Assembly (NCBI GenBank): GCA_021817905.1
Contig: JAKAFM010000001.1
Location: 3,985-67,984, forward strand
Reading direction: 5' to 3'
Length of the DNA stretch: 64,000 nt
Source of the DNA: a bacterium
GTDB taxonomy: Bacteria; Patescibacteriota; Microgenomatia; UBA12405
Part shown: positions 58,091 to 64,000 of the stretch, one piece after another
How the letters are laid out: every line of letters starts with the position of its first letter
How positions within the stretch are numbered: the stretch's first letter is position 1
Program-made: the position numbers and the translations under genes
Notes under the pieces: generated by a model
What the model was told of the DNA's origin: nothing
Databases searched by the model: none
The model's input: only the letters and a program-made list of their open reading frames with translations

Positions 58091-58348
58091 TTAGGCTTCT
58101 TGGGCAATGAAAGGCAACAAAGCCAAATGTCGGGCATGTTTCACCGACTCCGCCAATCGACGTTGGTGTTTGACACAAACGAAAGAAATTTCTCTTGATA
58201 AAATTCTTCCTCTCGAAGACAAATATGGGCGAAGCTGTTCATATTCTTCCCACATTGGCTCATGTTTAGCCTTACAAAAAGGACAACCCTTATCCTTCAC
58301 TACGCGTGGCTGTTTTTGGTTATCTTGCTCTTTAGTTATCGGCTGCAT
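58091..58348 (-). CDS. rpsR: 30S ribosomal protein S18
   Basis: CPFC, GRILSR, CVKHQRRL, ARHLALLPF. Confidence 0.95.
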   Translation of the reverse strand: MQPITKEQDNQKQPRVVKDKGCPFCKAKHEPMWEEYEQLRPYLSSRGRILSREISFVCVKHQRRLAESVKHARHLALLPFIAQEA

Positions 58349-58829
58349 AATCCTCCTTTTTATCCTCTACTGCCTCATCAGGAATCATGACATCATCAAG
58401 AGGTGCCGGACCTATCGCTTGCATCGAAGCATCGTCAGCTGGAGCCTCATCCACCGTTACCTCTTCAACCGGAGCCATCCGCTCACCATTACCTTTATTA
58501 TCCAATATAATCATATCGTCAATCACAATCTCAGCAACCTGTTTTTTTAACCCTTCGTTATCACTAAATTCGCGATATTGAATTCTACCCTCAACATAAA
58601 TACGACGCCCTTTCTTTAATAATTGAGCACATAATTCTGCTAATTTATTCCAGGCTACAATTCGATGAAATTGCGCGTCTTCCTTACGTTCACCCTGTTT
58701 AGTGCTCCACACCCGATTAGTAGCTAATCCAAAAGTGGAAACAGCCATTCCAGCCGGCGTATAGCGCAATTCTGGATCCCTGGTTAAATTTCCAATTAAC
58801 ATCACTCTATTTAGACAACGACTCGGCAT
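58332..58829 (-). CDS. ssb: Single-stranded DNA-binding protein
   Basis: LNRVMLIGNLTRDPELRYT, WNKLAE, IYVEGR; located between rpsF and rpsR. Confidence 0.96.
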   Translation of the reverse strand: MPSRCLNRVMLIGNLTRDPELRYTPAGMAVSTFGLATNRVWSTKQGERKEDAQFHRIVAWNKLAELCAQLLKKGRRIYVEGRIQYREFSDNEGLKKQVAEIVIDDMIILDNKGNGERMAPVEEVTVDEAPADDASMQAIGPAPLDDVMIPDEAVEDKKEDYAADN

Positions 58830-58839
58830 ATTTTTCTCC

Positions 58840-59166
58840 TTACTTGCCCGCCAAAGCCTTGGCAACGGCGGTTTTCTTTAAAACTAAATAACGAATAACT
58901 TGCGGCTCACGATTTAAAAATAAATTAATTTCATTATTATTAAAGGTCTTTTCAGCCTCAATGTCCAACTGCCAAAATTCACCTTTAGTACATTTTTTAA
59001 TTGGATACGCTAATTCCCGGGTTCCAAGGTCAGTCGTCAAAGCCACTTTAGCCCCTAATTTTTCCACCATTTCAGTCACCTTAGCAAAAGTCATCTCTCG
59101 ATCCTTTTGGCTTGTCTTAGGCTGAAAAACAATCACCAATTGATAGGCATTTCTGTTTGTTTTCAT
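58840..59166 (-). CDS. rpsF: 30S ribosomal protein S6
   Basis: YQLVIVFQP, GTRELAYPIKK, VIRYLV. Confidence 0.92.
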   Translation of the reverse strand: MKTNRNAYQLVIVFQPKTSQKDREMTFAKVTEMVEKLGAKVALTTDLGTRELAYPIKKCTKGEFWQLDIEAEKTFNNNEINLFLNREPQVIRYLVLKKTAVAKALAGK

Positions 59167-59190
59167 AATCTGGTTAGGTTATCACAACTG

Positions 59191-59424
59191 TTATTTTTTT
59201 ACAACCGGATGCGCCTTATCAACGTAAGCTAACACCTCTTCGTCCGAAACTACCTCATCATTGTCAACTGATTCTTTGTCGATCAAAGCCAACAACTCAT
59301 CCAATATCTGTTCAGACAACTCGTCACTATCTGCCAATCCCGCCAACAACTTTGCCGCCTTATCAAGCGATTTCGTTGATAGTTCCATAGTAGTAATAAT
59401 GTCTTTTGCTTCTTTTACCTTCAT
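59191..59424 (-). CDS. Small acidic hypothetical protein
   Basis: 77 aa ORF directly downstream of cysS. Confidence 0.55.
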   Translation of the reverse strand: MKVKEAKDIITTMELSTKSLDKAAKLLAGLADSDELSEQILDELLALIDKESVDNDEVVSDEEVLAYVDKAHPVVKK

Positions 59425-59433
59425 AAACTAAGC

Positions 59434-60816
59434 CTATTTTATCATTTTTTTAACTTTTGTCCCATCTAATCCATCTTCCACCACAAATCCGGCCTGCTCC
59501 AACTCTTTTCGCAGCCTATCCGATTCTTCCCAGTTTTTTGCTTTGCGTGCTGCATCCCGAGCCATAACCAATTTTGCAATCTCATCGGAAATTTCCACTG
59601 TTTTTATCTTTTCTCCTAAATTTAATCCCAAAACCCGATCAAAATCTAATAAAGTTGCCTTTTTATCTTCAGGTCTAATATCCACATCTTTTGTCAATTT
59701 CCATACTAATGCTATTACCTCAGGCATTGCCAAATCAGCCGCCAACAAAGTCTCAAACGCTTGTTTATAAGCTTCACTTACCGACCCTTTAACTCCAATT
59801 TCACTCACAAAATTTTTAAGTTTTTGATAAGCCACCATCGCCACTTTTAAATTATCCAAAGAAAATTCCAACCCTTTTCGGTAGTGACTCGTTAATACCA
59901 TATATCGATAAGCCAAAGGGTCAATTCCCATTGTCGCCAACTCCTGCGCCAAAAATAAATTTCCCGTCGACTTTGACATCTTGGCTCCCCCCTTACTAAC
60001 CACAAAAGCATTATGCACCCAATAATGGGCCGTCTGATGCCCAAAAGCGCCATAACCTTGTGCAATTTCGTTAGTATGATGAACCGGAATATGATCAATT
60101 CCGCCGGTATGAATATCAAAAGTTTCTCCCAAATATTTAACCGACATCGCTGTACACTCCAAATGCCACCCCGGAAACCCAACTCCCCATGGGCTCCCCC
60201 ACTCCATTTGTCGCTTCGGTCCATCTTTAGGACTAAATTTCCATAAGGCAAAATCACTCAAATTTCTCTTTTCTTTACTGATTTCATCCCGTTTTGTATC
60301 TTTAATTTCCTCCAGCTTTAAGTGTGCAAATTGAGCATAATCAGGAAACTTACCAGTATCAAAATAAACTCCATCTGAAGTGATATAAGTAAACCCGTTG
60401 GCCTCAATCTTTTGAATCAAGGCTATCTGCTCCGGAATATGATCAGTTGCCGCGCAAACCACTTCAGGTCGATTAATATTAAGTAGTTTTTCACTATCAA
60501 AAAATTGCTGCTCATATTTTTTCGCTATTTCCCACACTGTTAACCCCTCTCGTTTAGCCCCTTTCTCCATCTTGTCCTCACCCTCGTCGCCGTCAGAGAC
60601 CAAATGTCCGACGTCAGTAATATTCATTACCTGTTTTACCTCATACCCAAGATATCTCAATGCTCGTACCAATAAATCCCAAGAAATATAGGCATACATA
60701 TTTCCGATATGCTGATTCCAATAAACCGTCGGTCCGCAGGAATAAATTCCAATTTGTTTATCTTTAATAGGAACAATTTCCTCAACTTTTCTGGTAGCTG
60801 TGTTATAAAGCCTCAT
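59434..60816 (-). CDS. cysS: Cysteine--tRNA ligase
   Basis: CGPTVY, HIGN, DFALWK, GFPGWHLEC, DIHTGGID, KMSKS. Confidence 0.98.
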   Translation of the reverse strand: MRLYNTATRKVEEIVPIKDKQIGIYSCGPTVYWNQHIGNMYAYISWDLLVRALRYLGYEVKQVMNITDVGHLVSDGDEGEDKMEKGAKREGLTVWEIAKKYEQQFFDSEKLLNINRPEVVCAATDHIPEQIALIQKIEANGFTYITSDGVYFDTGKFPDYAQFAHLKLEEIKDTKRDEISKEKRNLSDFALWKFSPKDGPKRQMEWGSPWGVGFPGWHLECTAMSVKYLGETFDIHTGGIDHIPVHHTNEIAQGYGAFGHQTAHYWVHNAFVVSKGGAKMSKSTGNLFLAQELATMGIDPLAYRYMVLTSHYRKGLEFSLDNLKVAMVAYQKLKNFVSEIGVKGSVSEAYKQAFETLLAADLAMPEVIALVWKLTKDVDIRPEDKKATLLDFDRVLGLNLGEKIKTVEISDEIAKLVMARDAARKAKNWEESDRLRKELEQAGFVVEDGLDGTKVKKMIK

Positions 60817-60831
60817 AATCGAGATTATACC

Positions 60832-61281
60832 CTAATCAATCTTACCCTTAAACTCGCTTGTCTGTGACATTGACTGCAAGTCAGGCTGACTTTTTTTCTT
60901 TTTGCCTCCAAAGGCACTTCCTCGTGACTTTTTTTGTTTTGATGGATTAGTCGACTCCGTATTTAAAATTACCGGTTGCTGTTGCGGCTGGACCTGCGAC
61001 TGCTTCTTCTTATTTTCGTCTTCCTCTTTTTGTCTTCTTATTTGTTCAATTTCTTGCTCCATATTCCGTCCCTGACCCATTGATACTCTCAACTGGTTTA
61101 TCTCTTCTTGTTTCTTTTGCTCATCCTCGTTTTTCTTCTTGACTATCTCTTCATCTGATAGTGGTTTAATATCGCCAAGTAATTCTTTCGAAGTAATCTC
61201 TGTCTGTTTTATCACTTGGTTACTAACCGTTTCTAATCCTTTTTCAATAGTATCGACAGCTGTTATAACAATATTAGTCAT
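60832..61281 (-). CDS. Hypothetical coiled-coil, low-complexity protein
   Basis: 149 aa K/Q/E-rich ORF in an operon with recR. Confidence 0.65.
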   Translation of the reverse strand: MTNIVITAVDTIEKGLETVSNQVIKQTEITSKELLGDIKPLSDEEIVKKKNEDEQKKQEEINQLRVSMGQGRNMEQEIEQIRRQKEEDENKKKQSQVQPQQQPVILNTESTNPSKQKKSRGSAFGGKKKKSQPDLQSMSQTSEFKGKID

Positions 61282-61296
61282 AGTTAATTAGAAATT

Positions 61297-61920
61297 TCAT
61301 AACTCTCTTCTTCCTTCCATTGCCCGCGACAATGTCGCCTGATCGGCATATTCCACATCCGCTCCCATTGGCAAACCACTTCCAATCCGGGTAATCTTCA
61401 AATTCTTAACGTTCAAACTTTCAACTTGTCTTTTTATATACAAAGCTGTTGATTCACCTTCCATAGTCGGATTAGTTGCCATCACCAGTTCAATTACCCC
61501 CTCGCCACTTGCTTGCATTTGACCAATTCGATCAATCAAAGCGTTAATAGTCAAATCATCAGGAGAAACATGATCCAAAGGGTTAATCACCCCACCAAGC
61601 ACATGATAAACTCCACCAAAACCTCCCGCCCGTTCAAACGCCAACACATCAAGTGGTCGTTCCACTACACAAATTAAACGCTTATTCCGCTCCGGACTAC
61701 TACAAATCTCACACAATTCCCCTTCCGCCACCCCATGGCATTGCCGGCATTTTTTGATCGTTGATTTCATCGTCACTAACGTTTGGGCAAAATTATCAAC
61801 AAATCCGGTCGGTGTCACCAACAAATAAAAAGCCAATCGAGCGGCACTTTTTGGCCCAATTCCCGGCAATCGCTCAAACAACTCAATCACCCGACGAATT
61901 GATAAAGGAAGATCTGACAT
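61297..61920 (-). CDS. recR: Recombination mediator RecR
   Basis: LPGIGPKSAARLAF, C4 Zn finger, YHVLGG, ATNPTMEGE, TRIGSGLP. Confidence 0.97.
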   Translation of the reverse strand: MSDLPLSIRRVIELFERLPGIGPKSAARLAFYLLVTPTGFVDNFAQTLVTMKSTIKKCRQCHGVAEGELCEICSSPERNKRLICVVERPLDVLAFERAGGFGGVYHVLGGVINPLDHVSPDDLTINALIDRIGQMQASGEGVIELVMATNPTMEGESTALYIKRQVESLNVKNLKITRIGSGLPMGADVEYADQATLSRAMEGRREL

Positions 61921-61930
61921 GACATGTTGA

Positions 61931-62182
61931 CTAAAATAAGCCATCCAAGCCGACACCCATATCCTTCATTTTATGAGCTGCCGCTTCCTGTGATTTTTTC
62001 AAAGCCTTATTAATAATTTCAATTAAATTCTTATTCGCCACCCCGTTAACGGTCAAATCTTTAATCTTTTGGTCGCCACTGACTTTAATGACAATTCCAT
62101 TTTCTTCAAACGTTATAATTTCTGATTCAATTGCCCGTTTTAACTTTATGGCCTGAGCCATCATTTTTGCTTTATCAAACAT
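61931..62182 (-). CDS. YbaB/EbfC nucleoid-associated protein
   Basis: Size, VSGDQ motif and dnaX-ybaB-recR synteny. Confidence 0.8.
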   Translation of the reverse strand: MFDKAKMMAQAIKLKRAIESEIITFEENGIVIKVSGDQKIKDLTVNGVANKNLIEIINKALKKSQEAAAHKMKDMGVGLDGLF

Positions 62183-62259
62183 AGGTAAATATAAGTTCTA
62201 ACAACTCCAATTGTAGCAAATAAAACCAAAGCTATACTGCTGTATTCTCTGGCAACGTT

Positions 62260-62484
62260 TTACTTTTTTTCCAAATCATTTAATACCCGTGCAGCCACTG
62301 CTGCCACATCAAACGATGGTTTTTTCCCTTCCGGCTTCACCTCTTCCAAAACTTCAAGGTTTCCACCTTTATCTCTAAATCGTGCATACACCTCTTTAAA
62401 GCGTTCTAGATCAGAACTGCCGCTTGAATCATTACCAAGTCCTAAAATTTTAATGTCATCTGATTTTTGTATAGTCTCACTCAT
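62260..62484 (-). CDS. Small hypothetical protein
   Basis: 74 aa; TATACT 7 nt before the ATG. Confidence 0.5.
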   Translation of the reverse strand: MSETIQKSDDIKILGLGNDSSGSSDLERFKEVYARFRDKGGNLEVLEEVKPEGKKPSFDVAAVAARVLNDLEKK

Positions 62485-62505
62485 ACCCTATAGTATACCA
62501 CATAC

Positions 62506-64000
62506 TTACCCGAATATTTCTTTAGCTACCTGATACATATCCCCATTTTCTCCATCTTTAGATTTATCTACCACGTTAAGTACCGCATTTTCAGTCGGAA
62601 CAATCACCGGTCCAGTTGACCTTTGTAACTTTCCCAAAACACATGCCATCAACAATTCCACCCCCATTACTTCCTTTAATACCTTTTCTACAATTTTGCG
62701 ATTTTTATCCTCCTCCAACTTATCCTTATGAAAGGGATAAAAAACTTCAAGCACCACCGTTTCCCCTTCCACCCGTAATGGCCGAGCCGCTCGCAAAAAC
62801 GCCTCAATTGAATGATTATATGGCTTCACCGCCAACAAAATCTGTCCCCACACTTTTTCTACTGCCTCTACCTCAACTAAAGCCGATCCTATGGCTTTTT
62901 TATGACTGATTTCACTCGCCGATAAATTCTCTTTCTTTTCTTTTTCTTCTTCTTCGACCTTCCGATTTTTTACTCCAGTGGACACCGGAGTCAACTTTCG
63001 ACCTTTCAGAAACTCCACCACCGCCAACTGCAAGGGTAACTGCGAAAGAACTGAATCTCTTTCTTGTCTTCCCGCTGCAATTAACAATTGCAACCATTCC
63101 ATCAATGCTTCGGTTGATAGTCCAATTTTTTTCTGATCTTCCAACTCAATTCCACAACTTATCAATAGTTTATTTTGAAAAAAATATACTAATCTAGTCC
63201 GGAACTCCGCCATATCACTCCCAGCAGACGCCATTACCTCAAGAGCTTGTAATATCGCTTTCTCGTCTCCCTCAACCAAGTCACCCGCCAATAGTTCCGG
63301 TGAATAGTTTCCATCAGCCAACCAAGCCAAATCAGCTACCTTCTCATCTGTTATTTTCTTACCACAAGCTAACACTAACTCAGTCAATAATTTTTGAGCG
63401 TTTCTAAAACTCCCCTCGCTGCGATCGATAACCAATTTTAAAACATCCTCAGCCACCTCAATTCCTTCACCCGCAATCACCCGCTGCAAAGAATCCCGCA
63501 ACTCTTTGGTTTTACCTTTTTTAAAATCAATTCGAATCAGACGTGACAATACTGTCTCTGGTATCTTCTCGGGATCAGTTGTACACAAAATAAAAATAGT
63601 GTGAACAGGCGGTTCTTCTAAAATTTTAAGTAAGGCATTAAATGCCTCCTTAGTTAACATGTGGACTTCGTCAATAATAAACACTTTTCTCTTTAAACTA
63701 GCCGGTAATAAAAAGGTCTTTTCTTTCAACAGTCTAATGTCATCGATTCCTCGATTCGAAGCCCCATCCAATTCCATCACATCAACGCTAGCCCCCGCCG
63801 TTATTTCCAAACACGCACTACACTTCCCACAAGGATCTCCATTCTTTGGTTTAAGACAATTTACCGCCTTAGCCACAATCCGAGCCGCTGAAGTCTTCCC
63901 AGAACCCTTAGGACCGGCAAATAAAAATACTTGAGGTATATCCTTATTTTCCAACAATTTTGCTAATGTTTTCCGGACTGCTTCTGAATCCAACTGGGCT
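62506..64000 (-). CDS. dnaX: DNA polymerase III gamma/tau subunit (5' end outside the window)
   Basis: GPKGSGKTS, C-x8-CGKC..C Zn motif, ELDGASNRGID, IIDEVHML, NALLKILEEPP. Confidence 0.96.
   Translation of the reverse strand, partial: AQLDSEAVRKTLAKLLENKDIPQVFLFAGPKGSGKTSAARIVAKAVNCLKPKNGDPCGKCSACLEITAGASVDVMELDGASNRGIDDIRLLKEKTFLLPASLKRKVFIIDEVHMLTKEAFNALLKILEEPPVHTIFILCTTDPEKIPETVLSRLIRIDFKKGKTKELRDSLQRVIAGEGIEVAEDVLKLVIDRSEGSFRNAQKLLTELVLACGKKITDEKVADLAWLADGNYSPELLAGDLVEGDEKAILQALEVMASAGSDMAEFRTRLVYFFQNKLLISCGIELEDQKKIGLSTEALMEWLQLLIAAGRQERDSVLSQLPLQLAVVEFLKGRKLTPVSTGVKNRKVEEEEKEKKENLSASEISHKKAIGSALVEVEAVEKVWGQILLAVKPYNHSIEAFLRAARPLRVEGETVVLEVFYPFHKDKLEEDKNRKIVEKVLKEVMGVELLMACVLGKLQRSTGPVIVPTENAVLNVVDKSKDGENGDMYQVAKEIFG

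Overview
Core-chromosome segment of a small-genome, AT-rich bacterium. Gene content and style point to a Patescibacteria/CPR, Microgenomates-like lineage (inference): no biosynthetic genes, compact holB/lspA/prfA, giant LamG surface proteins and -10 boxes sitting just before start codons. Housekeeping genes include pilB/gspE, ligA, pth, gyrB, gyrA, a Xer recombinase, dnaB, hisS, cysS, rpmE, prfA, rpsF-ssb-rpsR, recR-ybaB-dnaX and three tRNAs (Ala-CGC, Leu-CAA, His-GTG). A ~19 kb block of surface/secreted proteins follows tRNA-Ala and includes a WxL/DUF916-like (chaperone plus fibre) cluster. The standout is an apparent histidine-sensing locus at 48.85-52.96 kb. It has two homologous ribosome-dependent attenuators, each with a promoter, a near-leaderless His-containing leader peptide, an antiterminator and a terminator. 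One lies upstream of the tRNA-His gene itself. The other lies upstream of a small ORF, a CntK-like histidine racemase and hisS. All calls are from motif reading only; no searches were run.
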